Origin: Mobula hypostoma
Lineage: Eukaryota
Direction: 5' to 3'
Assembly (NCBI RefSeq): GCF_963921235.1
Contig: NC_086097.1
Coordinates: 23,500,001-23,564,000, forward strand
DNA length: 64,000 bases
The notes under the pieces were generated by a model. The model did not search any database, was not told the origin of the DNA, and saw only the letters and a program-made list of their open reading frames with translations. Below are positions 38,835 to 53,184 of this stretch, in pieces. Each line of letters starts with the position of its first letter. Within the stretch, counting starts at the first letter, position 1. The translations under genes were made by a program, and so were the position numbers.

Positions 38835-39950
38835 CATTGAAACCTATCGAATATTGAAAGGCCTAGATAGAGTGGATGTGGGGAGGATGTTTCCTATAGT
38901 GGGGAGTCTAGGACCAGAGAGCACAACCTAAGAATAGAATCACGTCCCTTTAGAACAGAGATGAGGAAGAATTTCTTTAGCCACAGGGTGGTGAGTATGT
39001 GAAACTCAATGCCGCGGACGACTGCGGAGGCTAAGATATTGGATATATTTAAAGCGGAGTTTGATGGATTCTTGATAAGTAAGGGCACCAAAGGTTATGG
39101 GGAGAATGCAGGAGAATGGACATTCATGTCCTGCTGAATGAAATTTTGGTGTCCAAAACTGTAGTTCACCATAAGCAGCTGTGCAGGTGGTTAAAATGGT
39201 AAAGAAGGCATATGAAATGCTTGCTTTCATTGGTAGGGGTGTCAAGTATAAAAGTAAGCAAGTTATGTGCAGCTCTGTAAAACCTTAATCAGACCGTAGT
39301 GGAGTATTGTCTGTATTTCTGGACGCCCTGATACAGGGAGAGTGTGGAGACTGTGGAAAGGTGAGGAAGAAGGGTCTCAGCCCGAAATATTGACTGTTTA
39401 TTAATTTCTGTAGATGCTGCCTGACCTGCTGAGTTTGTCCAGCATTTTGTTTGTGTTGCTTTGGATTTCTAGTTGCTGCAGAATTTCTTGTGCTTGAGGT
39501 TTACCAGGATGCTGCCTGGATTAGAGAGTATGAGCAAAATGAAAGGTTAGACAAACTTGTGTTAGCCTCCCTACAGTGTCAGAGGCTGAGGGGAGACGTG
39601 ATAATTGTGGGAGGAATAGATAAGGTAGACATTCAGAATCTTTTTCCCATTGAAGAATTGTCAACCACCAAAAGACATGCTTTTAGAGGGAGGAACTATA
39701 AAGGTAATGTGAGGGGCAAGTTTTTTTTACACAGAAAATGGTAGTTGCCTGGAATGGATTACCACGTGTTGAAGTAGAAGCAGATAGTTTGATGGAGATT
39801 AAAAGGCTTTTAAATAGACACAAGAATATGAATAGAGTGGAGAGATGTGGACGATACACAGGAGGTAGAGGACATTTTGTATAAATTAGCATCAAAACTT
39901 GCACAGCATTATGGGTAGTATGGCCTGTCCAGTGCTGGACTGTTTTATCT
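38835..39950 (+). mobile_element. CR1 fragments with a short Penelope terminal unit inserted at about 39363-39495
   Basis: CR1 gtggaaagg|...|gaggtttaccaggatgctgcc is split by gaagaagggtctcagcccgaaa...gcagaatttcttg. Confidence 0.8.
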
Positions 39951-40929
39951 CAGAGAAACATTCCTTGTTATCTCTGTCTTAAATGAGAAACCCTTTATTT
40001 GTGAATCCATATGCCCAATTCAGAATCAGAATCAAAATTAGGTTTATTATCACCGGCGGCATGTGACGTAACAGGGAAATTTTGTCTCATCATCTAACAT
40101 ACGCAATCTCTTTCAGAATCCTATATGTTTCCACAAGATCACCTTTCCTGTTTTTGAACTCACGATTTTATGGACCCAATCTGCTCTATCTTTCATCATT
40201 TGCCAAACTCTCTATTCAAGTTTTCAACTTAGTGAATACCTACACTCTATCTCTCCTGCCTTCTCAGTGTGTGTGTACAAAGCTAGGCAGGGAGTTAAAC
40301 ACCTTCTCAGAAATCACTCAAGCCAGAAGCTTTCTTCAGGGTTTTAATAAGAAAAAAACTTTGTAAAAAGATATTGCTGTTTCAAGGGCAAATAAGGAGT
40401 GGATGGAGATGGATGTTTTTCTACCATGTTTGCTCCAACTCAAAATCTAAATTAACCTGTACAGGAAATTATGTAAAAATCAGCTTAAGAGCAGGAAGTG
40501 ATGTTTGCACAAAATGAACTGTAGAAAAAATGAACAGCACCTCCAGAGGCAGAACACATGCTGCCTGACGCCCATGTTGTCAAACGTAATCACTGAAACT
40601 AAAAGTCAAATAATCTTTTCATTAAGACTTCGGCAAAAGGAGGACAGTCTCAGACTGTTCTTGAAAACATTCTTAGTACACGGTCTTTAACCACTCTCAC
40701 TTCACAAACATCATCCTTGATGATATACTTCCCATGGTATTGCCTGATGGGAAGACTGGTGACACGGTGCTCTTCCAGGATAACGATAGGGTGAGGTGCT
40801 GTACCTTTGAACTGAGTTGTGCCCTCTTAATACAGCCTCCAACTTGTAGTCACCCCACAGAGTCAAAAAAGGGACACAGTTCACGAAGGTAACTTTGGAC
40901 TGGAAGAGGTTTCTATTTTGTGATGAACT

Positions 40930-41310
40930 TCCTCTGCCTACACCTGCCTTTGAACAACAAGAAAGATTCTAATCTTTGCCCGATTCAGTTGCTCTGCACT
41001 GAGAGGTTGTTTGCAAGTGTGCCAACTACTGCAAAGGCTTTGTTTGGCTGCTACTACAACCTTCCCTTTCATACAGATACACCTCTCACAGGGTCTGAAA
41101 TGACTTGGGTGCCCATTCTCCAGGACATTATTCTTAAATGTGCTGACAGTGGGCTGATGAACACCACTGAGGCAGACTTTACCCACTATCACCCAACCAA
41201 GATGAGATCATTGGACATAAGGCGCATCGTGCCAGCCAGTGCACTGTTCCTGTACCTTATGTTCATGGATGGTGCCTCTGCCAAGCAACATTCTATTAAT
41301 TTTGATTAAC
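40930..41310 (-). mobile_element. BEL/Pao LTR retrotransposon pol relic
   Basis: Minus strand reads HDAPYVQ*SHLGWVIVGKVCLSGVHQPTVSTFKNNVLENGHPSHFRPCE, like the fish BEL/Pao motif APYAQRLDLGWVIVG...LENGRPS upstream of RT. Confidence 0.55.
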
Positions 41311-44046
41311 TGCTGCTGTACACAAAACACAGAATATTACAGCACAGGAAAGTCCTGAACATACCAGACTTTAATACTTCTCATATGAGAAGATATTGAT
41401 GAGTTATTGCCTTAAACTACCGTATGAGCACTGTATCTAGATCTGACTGCTGCAGTCACAAGGGACAGGATCAAACCTTACTGAGTTTGCAGAAGTGTTG
41501 CAAGATGCTCCTAAATGTGAAAATTAATTTCCAGAATAGAACATAGAATATTACAGCACGGTGCAGGTCTTTCGGTATATGATACCGTGTTGACCTTTGA
41601 ATCTATTCTAAGATCAATCTAACATTTCCTTCCCACATAGGTCTCCATTTTTCTATCACCCATGTGTCTAAGAGTCTCTTAAATTACCCTAAATATTAGC
41701 CTCTACTGCTACCCTGGCAATGTGTTCCATGTACTTACCACTCTCTGTATAAAAAACCTACCTCTGACGATTATTTCCCCTGGTGCTGATCATTTCCACC
41801 CTAGGAAAAAGTCTCTGGCTATCCACTCAATCTCTGCCTCTTATCATCTTGTACACCTATAACTAGTTGCCTCTCATCTTCCTTCACTCCAAAGAGAGAA
41901 GCCCTAGCTTGATCGACTTATGCTAAATTTTGGTGTTTCACATACGAGGGAGTACTGTGACATGCTGTATTTTGAACCTATTTAAATGATAATGACATTT
42001 TCATTCTCCCTTCCAAAGTGAATAATATCACTTTTCCACGTAATCCTCCATCTGTCATCTTTTCACCCATTCGTCTTTTCCACCTATAATCCAAGTTTCT
42101 TTGTAACCTCCTCATCTATCTTGCTAACCTTCCTGCCTTTGTCTTTCCATTGTACTGAAACATAAGTGGCCAATACAATTGGAGGACGATTGTGCTGTTG
42201 TATTTGGCATCTGACCTCACAGACCACAGTCTTCTGTACAGGTATCACAACAGTACATTAGATATGGTTAGAAATGCTGATGTGGTTTTAGCAGATCTCT
42301 TGCATCACCCATCGTTGATCCGGCTGAGTGCCTTAGAGCATATTTTATATCACGAAGCATCTTGACTAAAATTATATGAGTTTCTTAATGCAGTTTTTCA
42401 AATAAAATGATTCCACAATTGGCTCTGAGCCATGTAATTTGTTTTTATCAAGCTTTGTGGGTTAAATGAATTCCTCTTAAGAAGGAATAAATTTTAGAAC
42501 CAGATGTGTGAATGGATTTTTATGTCTAAGCCAGCAAACAAACTTTGTGAAAAAGGTCAGGTGAGAGTCCATTAACTCTCACATCCGTGAAGTCCTGGTA
42601 AACCTCAATTCTCAAGGTAGTATATAGTGACATAAACATAATTTGATAATAAATTTACTTTGAACTTTAAACCTATTAACTCTGTCCTCTCTGTAAATCT
42701 TCACTGTGATTGCCAAGAGATCAATGGTGGAGCTGGCGGAAGCTGACGGCACATCACTTTCTGAAGGTAGGGGACGGTTGCCAAGGTGAAGGGTCCCCAG
42801 TCGTCTTGCATTCCATGCCTCTGGACCCCGATCCCCATCTGTCAAGGACAGTGTGGTGGCTGCCCCGTGCATCAGTGTTCCCAGGTTATACAAAGTCACG
42901 TATTGGTGTTCTCCATTCAGGGGAACCCCCCCTTGAGAGAACATTATAGTTGACTCGAGTGATCGCAGTACTACTGTGATTCCATTAACCCCCAATTAAC
43001 ACATTTTAACCCTTATCACCCTGTAAATATTTCCAGTGATTTCATTGACTATAACTCATAAATGGCCAGTGAACCAATTAACATCCCTGAAACTCACTAA
43101 TGTTAGACTCTTCTAAGTTTGCAATATAACTGATTTTCTAGAAAAAATGCTCACAGCAAACCCTTTAGCCATTATCTTCTGACAACTGGAACTCTAAATC
43201 CATGAAACTTCCTTCTGTACTAGTCCCTAACTATGACTCATGATTCTATCATTGAATCAAATGTTAAGGAGAGGCAGAGTTTGTGTCGGAATGAACTGCA
43301 ATGGAACAATTGTCTTTTTTCTGATCCATACCTTCTCAAATCACTTAGATCAAGGGATATGGAGTTGAGGTAGATCAGGAATGACTATTGTGGCAAAGCA
43401 AGATAAAGGCGCACTATGAACTACCCCTAGAATGTAGGACATGGATCAGTACAGTATAGGACCTTTGGCCTGTGATGTTGTGCCGACATTTTGACCTGTT
43501 CCACGAACAATCTAACCCTTCCTCCTCCACAGCCCATAGCCCTCCGTTTTTCTCTCATCCATGAACCTATCTAGCAGTCTCTTAAACGTCCGTATTGTAC
43601 CCATGATCCATTATCTTTGGTTTCTATTGAGCAGGTTTTGCAAAGCCATCAAACCCCCTGAAGGAAATGGTATTACAAAACCAGGTTTATTATCACTGAT
43701 ATATGACTTGAAATTTGTAGTTTGTGCAGCAGTACAGTGAAATAAATAAAAAGTCTATACAAAATTAAACAAGTTAAAGAAGAGAGCAAAATTATGAGGT
43801 AGTGTTCAAAGATTCATGGACTATTCAGAAATCTGATGGCAGAGGAGGAGAAGGTGTTCCTAAAATGTTGACTTTGACTATGATTCTTCAGGTTCCTGTA
43901 TCTCTTCCTTGATGGTATGTGAAGTGGGCATGTGAGGGTCCTTCTTGATGGATGCCATCTTCCAGAGGCATTGCCTTTTGAAGATGTCCTCAATGGTGGG
44001 GGCAAATATTTTGTACCTTTTTATTAGAAGTGGGGTCCTTTGTGTT

Positions 44047-44851
44047 CTTGTTTTTTTTATTTTTATTTATTAAAAACAAACAAAAAAAAACACAAAAAAC
44101 AGCACATCCTGAAAAACCACAACCATTACAAAATCAAATTTAATATTGAGCAGCAAAAGTGAGAAAAATATAAAGGCAAAAGTAAACATACACAGCAGAG
44201 GTGCACCGCACCAAAAAAACTCAGTCCTCACCTCGTAAGGAAGTCCAATACGGGGCTCCATATCCTTTCAAAGATGTCCCCTCCATCCTCATCACATAGT
44301 TTCAGTCTCTCCAAATGTAAAGTTTTTGCAGTTCTCTCAGCCACAGATTGTACGTAGGCACAGTCCATTTTCCACATTTGCAGGATTAACTTGTTAGCAA
44401 TCACCATTCCAAATAACACAGCCAGTTTTTCATACATATTGGCTGAAGATAGGGAGTTTGTTGCTCCAAGGATGGCTATGAGTGGGTCTGGTTCCCACCG
44501 CTTCCCAAAAGCCTCAGAGAAACTGTGAAAAATACTTTTCCAGTATGCATAAAGCTTGCAAAATGACCAGAATGAATGTGACAAGTTACTGTTCACAGAT
44601 TTACATCTCTTACAAACTGGTGAAACATCAGGGTAGAAACTGTGCAACTTTTCTTTGGAATAATGGAGTCTATCTATCGTTTTAAACTGTGTAGGTCTGT
44701 GTCTGATGTTGACCGAACAATCATGTATACTCTTTAAACACTTATCCCAGACCTCCTCTGTCAGTTCTATACCCAATCCATCTGCCCATGCCTGTTTAAA
44801 ACCTGCAGTAGTCCTTTGTGTTCTTGATCCTGGTTTCACCAAATGTTCCAA
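44047..44851 (-). mobile_element. L1-clade LINE 3' end (ORF2 C-terminus and A-rich tail)
   Basis: EEVWDKCLKSIH...QFKTIDRLHYSKEKLH...CKRCK...SHSFWSFC (zinc-knuckle remnant). T-rich tract at about 44047-44071. Confidence 0.85.
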
Positions 44852-46849
44852 GTACTTGACAGTTCATGTTATTAGTTACTGGCAATATGAGCCCTTACTA
44901 ATTATTTCTTTGTTCAGTACACACTAGTTCATTTATAGCACTTCAAATCCTTATCTATCTCCTGAATATTAAAGAGGAACTTTGATTTATATATAGCATC
45001 TTTAATGACCTCAGCACTGTCCCAAAGCACCCCACAGCCAGTGATTTGCTTTTGGGCTGAAGTCAACCGTTAGAAATTAGGGAAAAACAGTAGTCAATTA
45101 GTGTCCAGTAGACTCCCTCCGAGGGCATTGGTAGAATGATGAAATCATTTTTTTTTTATCACTTTATTCTGATGGATGTTTGCGAATATGCTGTGGATAG
45201 CTCCTTTTTTTTTTCAAAACTCCATCTTGGACTCTTGTATCCATCTGAGCAGGTGTAATATCTTATTTGTCTCCCGTAACTCACACAATTCAGAGGTATT
45301 TCTGCCCCCAAAACAGTTCACTGAGTTTTATTGCTCTCATCAGTTGGTGAATCAGGTTCTTTTATCAGGAATTTTTTCTGACCAGCTCTATGCTATCAGT
45401 GAGCCCCATTCATTTGAGTAGCAGGATCTTTATTTTCTATTAATATCAAATGCATTTAATGACAGATAAAACTCCTCAGTCTTACAATCATGAAATCATA
45501 TCACACAATTAGATTGATCCGAACAGTGCGTCCTTTTTATCCAGTGGAAGATATCACCACTCGAGGATGCCTTAATGTAATAAGATCGGTGTCAAAAGGA
45601 AGCAGTGGATATTTTCCAAATAGGCAGCTGCAAGCATGGTTTAAAGACAGAAGGAAATTTGTCTCTTGGTCTGATTTGTTCCATTCCATATTGAGCATTA
45701 TTCTGCAAATGTGATTATATTTGAATGAGAATAGAATAGAATCAACATTGCTTCTATGAAAAAAAACAGCAGGATACATTTAAGCAGATCTTCTTCAAGG
45801 AATTTAAAGTTTCTGACCATCCATACCTCCAGTCTCCTATTGAGGACTAGCCAATGGACCTCTGGTTTCTTCCTCCTGTCATCAATGATCAATTGCTGAT
45901 AGTGAGTGAGAGGTGGTTGCGGATAACTTCATTCACTTCAAATCTGAACTGATCTCACAACCAGTGGATTCACTTTCAAGAACTCCTGTTCTCAGTATTT
46001 TATATTCATCCATCTATCTAGTTATTTATCTATATATTCATTCATTCATTTGTTTATTTGATTATATATTATTTTTTGTATTTGCACACGTTGTCTTCTG
46101 TTGCACATTGGTTGTTTGTCAGTTTTTGTGTGGAGTTTTTTCATTGATTCCATTGTATTTATTTGATTTATGAATGCCTGCAAGAAAATTAATCTCAAGG
46201 TAGTATATGGTGACATATACGTACTTTGATAATACAGTTTTTGAACTTTGTTAATGAAAATGTAAGTCATATCCCATTTACTGGTGATTTTCCCAATGAC
46301 TTTATTCAGCAAGGTCACATCCTGTGGTGAAAATTCTACCTTACCTTCAGCAAGATTAAACCACCCATTCTGGAGGTGTTAAGCATACCTTTAGCTGCAA
46401 AAGGAACAATCTCTTTCATTCACTTCCACACCTCCCCACAGTGAGCCTCCATCATCGTATGTTCTTAAAGGTCTTCCCCTAATGTGAAAAGATGACCGTG
46501 ACCATGAGCTCTTTCTTCCAGTGAACTTGTGTCAACAGAATTGTTTGACATTCCATGAACACTACATCTAACTGTTCTTGGAGGAACAGGAGACAGCACA
46601 TGCTGGAACATGCTTGAGGAACTCAACAGATCAAGTAGCATCTGTGGGGAGGTGGAAAGGAGAAGGAATTATTGACAATTCAGATCAAAACCCTCATCAG
46701 GGCCACATATTCTGAATTGAAGGGAGGTTCTAACTGTAACCAGGGCACTTGAAAGTTATCAAAGAAAATGCCCACAGTTGCTTTTCACACCCCAAAACCC
46801 AATGTTGCTTGACCTACTGACTTCATCCAGCAGTTTGATTTGTTTTAAG

Positions 46850-47070
46850 GGTGACACAATAGCATAGTTGTTAGTGTAATGCTATTACAGCGCTAGTGAC
46901 CTGGGTTCAAATCCACTGCTGTCTGTAAGGAATTTTTACGCTCCCACCATGACCGCATGGATTTCCATTTCCTCCCTTATTACAAGGACATACGGGTCAG
47001 TAGGTTAATTGGTCACATGGGTGGTATGGGCTTGTTGAGCCAGAAGGATCTGTTACTGCACTATATCTCT
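46850..47070 (+). mobile_element. V-SINE (tRNA-like head plus V domain)
   Basis: atagcatagttgttag...ctgggttcaaatcc (A/B-box-like), then gtctgtaaggaattt...ggttaattggtcacatggg. Confidence 0.7.
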
Positions 47071-47144
47071 GGAAAGCAAAATAGTTACTTTTCACCAGTA
47101 AATGAAAGTCAAAGAAATGAAATAGAAATCTGAGATGTAGAGGA

Positions 47145-48124
47145 TCTCACTTCTGTACGTCCTCTCGTCATCACCTGAGATTCTACCAACAATGGTTGTA
47201 TCGTCAGCAAATTTATGGATGGTAATTGAACTATGCCTAGCCACACCGTCATCTGTATATAGAGAGTAGAGCAGTGGGCTAAGCACACACCCCTGATGTG
47301 CGCCAGTGTTGATTGTCAGCGAGGAGGACATGTTACCACCAATCCTCACAGACTGTGGTCTTCCGGTTAGGAAGTCGAGGATCCAATTGCAGAGGGAGGT
47401 ACAGAGGCCCAGGTTCTGCAACTTCTCAATCAGGATTGTGGGAATGATGGTATTAAATGCTGAGCTATAGTCGATGAACAGCATCCTGACATAGGTGTTC
47501 GTATTGTCTAGATGGTCTAAAGCCGTGTGGAGAGCCATTGAGATTGCATCTGCCATTAACCTATTGTAGTGATAGTCAAACTGCAGTGGGTCCAGGTCCT
47601 TGCTGAGGCAGGAGTTCAGTCTAGTCATGACCTACCTCTCAAAGCATTTCATCACTGTCGATGTGAGTGCTACCGGGCAATAGTCATTAAGACAGCTCAC
47701 ATTATTCTTTTTAGGCACTGGTATAATTGTTACCTTTTTGAAGCAAGTGGGAACTTCTGCCCATAGCAGTGAGAGGTTGAATATGTCCTTGAATACTCCC
47801 GCTAGTTGGTTGTCACAGGTTTTCAGAGCCTTAACTGGTACTCCATCGGGACCTTCCACCTTGCGAGGGCTCACTCTCTTTAAAGACAGCCTCACACCAG
47901 CCTCTGAGACAGAGATCACAGGGTCATCAGGTGCAGCAGGGATCTTCACAGCTGTAGTTGTGTTCTCCCTTTCAAAGCGGGGATAGAAGGCAATGAGTTA
48001 ATCTGGTAGTGAAGCATCACTGCCATTCATGCTATTGGGTTTCACTTTGTAGGAAGTAACATCTTGCAGACCCTACTAGAATTGCTGTGCATCTGATGTC
48101 ACCTCCAACCTCATTCGAAATTGT
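47145..48124 (-). mobile_element. Rex1/Babar LINE reverse transcriptase fragment
   Basis: [56 protein letters not shown] and KFADDTT motifs, with an in-frame stop. Confidence 0.92.
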
Positions 48125-48924
48125 GGGTTCGATTTCAACATTTAAGAGAAATTTGGATAAGACCATAAGGCATTATGATAGGGCACAAAAAGATCAAGGA
48201 ATACAGGTCCATAATTCATTGAAAGTGCATCACAGGTTGATAAGGTCATAAAGAAAGCTTTTGGCACATTACCTTTATAAATCAATGTATTGAGTACAGG
48301 AGATGGAATGTTACATTGATGATTTATAAGACATTAGTGAGGCCTAATTTGGAGTATTGTGTGCAACTTTGGTCACCTACCTACAGGAAAGATGTAAATA
48401 AAGTTGAAAGATTTAAAATCTGGGCCAGCTTGGAAAGGTCAGGTAAGGGCCAAATTGAGGCATCAGGGCATGGGCCAAAGAGTGTATCAAAGAAGCAGGA
48501 CCTGTGTTCAGCAGTGAGGAACGAGCTGATGTTTGAACAATTTTAGCGCCGAGCCAGATTGAAAAGGTCAGGGTGTCCGGGCAGTAGGTGAGGGACAGGT
48601 TAACATTCAGCTCTCTGCTTGACAAGATTTGCTCGTCCCTGAACTGAACCAAGGCTACGGCCTGCAACTACTGGGCACCTGGACTGGCTGCAGTGATAAC
48701 TGGCTTTGTGGCTTTGAACTCACTTTTGTGAAACTTCAGTTCTGAGTGTTATTTACTTACTTTTTACTTGTTCCTATTTGTTTATTTTCTTTTGCATATT
48801 GACGGTCTTCTTTTTGATGGGTTCTTTTGGGTTTCTTTGTTTTGTGACTGCCTGTAAGGAGACAGATCTGTAGGTTGTACTTTGATAATAAATGTACTTT
48901 GAGCATGCTTTTATTTTTTGTGCC

Positions 48925-49149
48925 ATTCCCTGTAAACTCTGGAGACTGGTATGTGAAAATCCCAGGAGAACAGTAGGTTCTCAAACCATCCTATCTGGCA
49001 CCAAAAATTACTCCAACATTCTGATGTTTGGTCTGAACAACAGCTGAACCTCGTGACCATGTCTGCGTGCTTTTATGCTGCCACATGATTGGCTGATTAG
49101 ATATTTGCATTAACGAGCCGGCGTATCTCACAAAGTGGCGACTGAGTGT
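48925..49149 (-). mobile_element. Tc1-derived element, partial
   Basis: gtgaaaatcccaggaga...aaagtggcgactgagtgta. Confidence 0.75.
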
Positions 49150-50379
49150 ATGTCATTTTCTCCTAGCCAGCAGGGGCCTGTTTTAATTGAAGGCATTATG
49201 AAACGTGATGTGCACAAAGCTGACAATTGCAGGTTTGCAAGATGACATTTATTAGTACAGAAGCAACATCTGTGGAGGAATGTTCTGTGGATTACTTTTG
49301 CTGCCTGCACAAAACAAAATAGCGGATCTTTTCCAGCCCGTTCCCAGAGATGCCTTCACTGTTACATTACCTCTCCTTCGGAAGTAGAGATTCTAATCTG
49401 CTGTGTGTGCCTGTGGATCTTGATAGGAGCAGGCACCAAGCAGAAGGCCAGCGAAGAATTTCTGCTGGATGGATTCTCCAGCCTTATCTCGAAAAAACAG
49501 AGAGGGGGCTATTTACCCAGAGGTCTCTCTGCAAATTGCAGTGCTCGTAAACCCTGCCCGTTTCCTCGGGCAGAGGGAGTTAGAGTTAATTTGCAATCAG
49601 CACTGCCACGAGGATTTGAGTGAAGTGCAGCTGCGGGTGTGTGTGAAATTTTTAATGCATTGTTCTCTCGGGCTGTCAGTCACCGGATTATGCCAGCCAA
49701 GTTGTGCCATGTCAGTAACAGGGCGGCAATTGCAGCCGGAGACAAGGCAGTCCAAAATTACAGCACGCTTTCATTCCTTGGGGAACAGAGTCAGTGTAAC
49801 ATCTGCACTACAGCAAACAGTTTATAGAATTTACTTAAACAGAGTGTAGTGGAGGAGTCTCTAAGCACAAGAACAAACAGAATTCATGATCGATACTACA
49901 GCAATGTCTCCTAATAGATACTGAATGATTTTACCAAGACAATATAGTAAGGAGAGGAGTGTGCCCTTGAATGACTAATTCACCTGGCATTCGACCAGTT
50001 ATCTCCAGTAGGTATTTCTATATGCAGCCCTCGGTTAGCAGCCTGTTCAATTATAGATTTGGAAAGCTATAAAACACCGGGATGAACTGGTGACGGGGGT
50101 GGGGGGGAAGTGAAGTTAAAACAACAGTAGTGATGGCTTGCATTTCAATGGAACTCTTCAGGCAATAACCCAGAGCCCTATAAAAAAATATGAAAGTAAG
50201 TTGCAAAGGTAGACGATAGCCAGGTGGCCAGATGCTGAGTTAAAGAGGTAGAATGTTTCTAGAAGGGAGAGAAGAAGAGGAGGATTCCTTGGTAACTTAG
50301 AAGTAAGACAGGTGCAGGGAGAGTGGCTAATGGAGTGAAGATCAAAGATAGACAAGGAATCTGAGTTACTTCTTTTGAG

Positions 50380-50600
50380 ATATAGCACGGTAACAGACCC
50401 CTCAGGCCCAATGAGCCCACGCCACCCTATTACACCCATGTGACCACTTAACCTACTGACTGGTACGCCTTTGGAATGTGGGAGGAAATCAGAGCACCCG
50501 GAGGAAATCCACGCAGACATGGGGAGAACGTACAAACTCCTTACAGACTGGAGTGGGGATTGAACCTGGGTGCTTTATGAACCGCTGCGCTATCATGCCG
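50380..50600 (-). mobile_element. V-SINE
   Basis: Reverse complement of the V domain (tttggaatgtgggaggaaatcagagcacccggaggaaatccacgcagacatggggagaacgtacaaactcc). Confidence 0.8.
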
Positions 50601-53184
50601 CTCAATAATTTGAATTGATTAATGAAGGGTAGCCTTTGTGGCTCGTGGAACAACTGTGCTTTTAAACCAAAAATGCAATTTCTAATTAGCGCATGCAAAA
50701 TGCTGGAGGAACTCAGCAGTCAGGCAGCATCTATGGAGAGGAATAAACAGTTGATGCTTTGGCTGAGACACTGATGAAAACTCTGATCTCAAACCTCCAC
50801 TGCCTCGTGGATCTATACCCTCATGGGGAAGGCTCCCAGGGGAAAATCTGGAGCTGGCATCCCTCAGGCAGTCCTACCTTGAGTTCAACGTTGATGCTAC
50901 TGATGCTGCTGCTGGTGCGAAACTGCATTGGTCTCTGCTGTTCCTTTGGGTTCATCAGATGCATGAAGAGGGAGAGCTTGCTACATGGGTGACAGGTTAC
51001 TCCCCATATTGTATTGCCCTGGCTTGCGTATCTGGACTGCTAGGATGCAACATCCAGGATGGACCCTGACCAGTGGAGGCTTCAGATGCCGTCTAACCTG
51101 TTGAGTTCCTTCAGCATTTTGTGTGTCACTCTGGATTTCCAGCATCTGCAGAATCTCTTGTATTTATACTTTCTGATTCATACATTTATTGTTTATAATT
51201 ATTACAAATTAAGCAATATATTTTCCTTCCAAGTTCCCACTTTTTTTTTCCCTCATTGCCTGCTCTCCTGAAAGTGGTTTTGCCTGGACAAAGGTAGTGA
51301 GAATAACATCCTCCTTCCCTCTCTGCTGCTTGTACTTTCTCCCCAAGAATTTGTCCTAGAACATGGAGAATAAATGCCTGGAAGAGGACTCCTTTGCTAA
51401 TCAATACTTCATTACTGAAGCAAAGCTCCGAGATCATTTCTTTAATGAAGCAGGGAAGTTGAGCGGAAAATCTTCTGGCTTGCCCAAGGGAGGTACAGCA
51501 TGTGCAGGCTGCCATTTGTTAAAACATGTAGGCTTAATGATTTTTCAAACAGTACATTGATACCAACTTAAAAAGAGCCAGCATTTATATCATGTGCTTC
51601 ACCACCTCAGGACAAGCCTATGGGTTTTACAACAGGCACAGTAATTCTAAGTACAGCCAATAAAGTTCAAAGGAAATTTATTAATGTATGTATATGTCAC
51701 CACATACTACAGTGAGATTCATTTCTCGAGGACGTTCTCAGCAGAACACAGAAATATAATAGAGTCAATGAAGAACTGCACACAGACAAAGATTGACAAA
51801 CAACCAATGTGGAAAAAACAAACAATCTGTGCAAAATTAATAAATAAATAACACTGAGAACATGAATTGTAGAGTCCTTGAAAGTGAGTCCATTGCTTGT
51901 GGAGTCAGTTCAGAGAGGTGGTGAGAGAAGTTATCCATGCTGGTACAGGAGCCTGGTGGTTGGAGGGTAATAGCTGTTCCTGAACATGATGGTGTGGGTA
52001 CTAAGGTACCTCCTTCCCATTGGCAGCACTGAGAGAAGCAACTATTGAGTGCACACAGAGATCCTACAAATGGCGATGAGGTATCTGCCTCAACTCATCT
52101 GCTGCTTAAGTATTAAACTGTGGACGTTCCTGCTAACTTCCATCTCCAAGCCTCCCTAACATGAGATGATCTGCTGAAGGAACTCTGTGGATCAAGCAGG
52201 ATCTGTGGGAGGAAAATAATTGTAGTGTTTTGGGTAGAAACTCTGCATGAACTGGTTGACAAACTTCATGCGTAGTTACCTATCTTTACCATCAGTTCAG
52301 ATCAGTTTCTGGGCAGCCATAACCACCAGGATATTGATACTCAAAACTTCATAAAGATAACATGGATGAAGAGAATGGTTAGACTGCCTCTTATTCAAGA
52401 TAATCATCACTTTGCTTTTGTGTGTGTTGCTAATATGATTGAAATGTTGCCAGCAATGGCACGTACCAGCTTATGTTGGCAAAGTAGCATCATGGTTGTG
52501 TCATTAGACCAGAAATTCAAACAATTTGTTTGAAGAATTGGAGGAATGAATTCTAAACCCAAATGGAAGATGGTAACTTAAATTTCATTTAATTAATTAA
52601 ATCTTAAACACTGATAGTTTTAAAGTGACTACCATCCAGGCTGTGCTCTCCTCTTGCTGTTACCATCAGGCATGATGTACAAGAGCCTTACGATCCACAC
52701 TACCAGGCTCCGGAACCCTTCTACAATCATGCTCCTGAAATGGCGTGGATAACTTCTGAACTGATTCCACAACCTATGAGTCTATTTTCAAGAACTGTAC
52801 AATCATATTCACAGTAACATTTATTTATTTATTTGTTCGTTTGTTTGCACAGTTTGTCTTCTTTTGCATATTAGTTTGTCAGTCTTCGTGTGCAGCTTTT
52901 CATTGATTTTGCTGTATTTCTTTGTTCTACTGTGAATGCCTGTAAGCAAATTAATCTCAGAGTAGTATATGGTGACATACAGGTGCTTTGATAATAAATT
53001 TACTTTGAACTACCAAGGAAGAACACAGTATTTACTTGTCTAATATAAAATTATTTACATAAGAAATAGTACCAGCAGTGGGCCATAGGCTCCTTCTGTT
53101 TGCTGCATCATTAGATAAAATCAATTGCCTCTGTGCTTTTTGTACAATAACTCCACATCACTCAGTTTCTTCAATTTATAAAAG

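Noticed and set aside
46850..46920. tRNA gene
   Set aside because: A/B-box-like head continues into a V-SINE body, and I cannot fold a full cloverleaf.
49350..49849. Overlapping + strand ORFs as a possible beta-neurexin first exon
   Set aside because: No signal peptide and no His-rich HHFHG...IYRSP..LRGGH motif. That motif was not found anywhere in the window.
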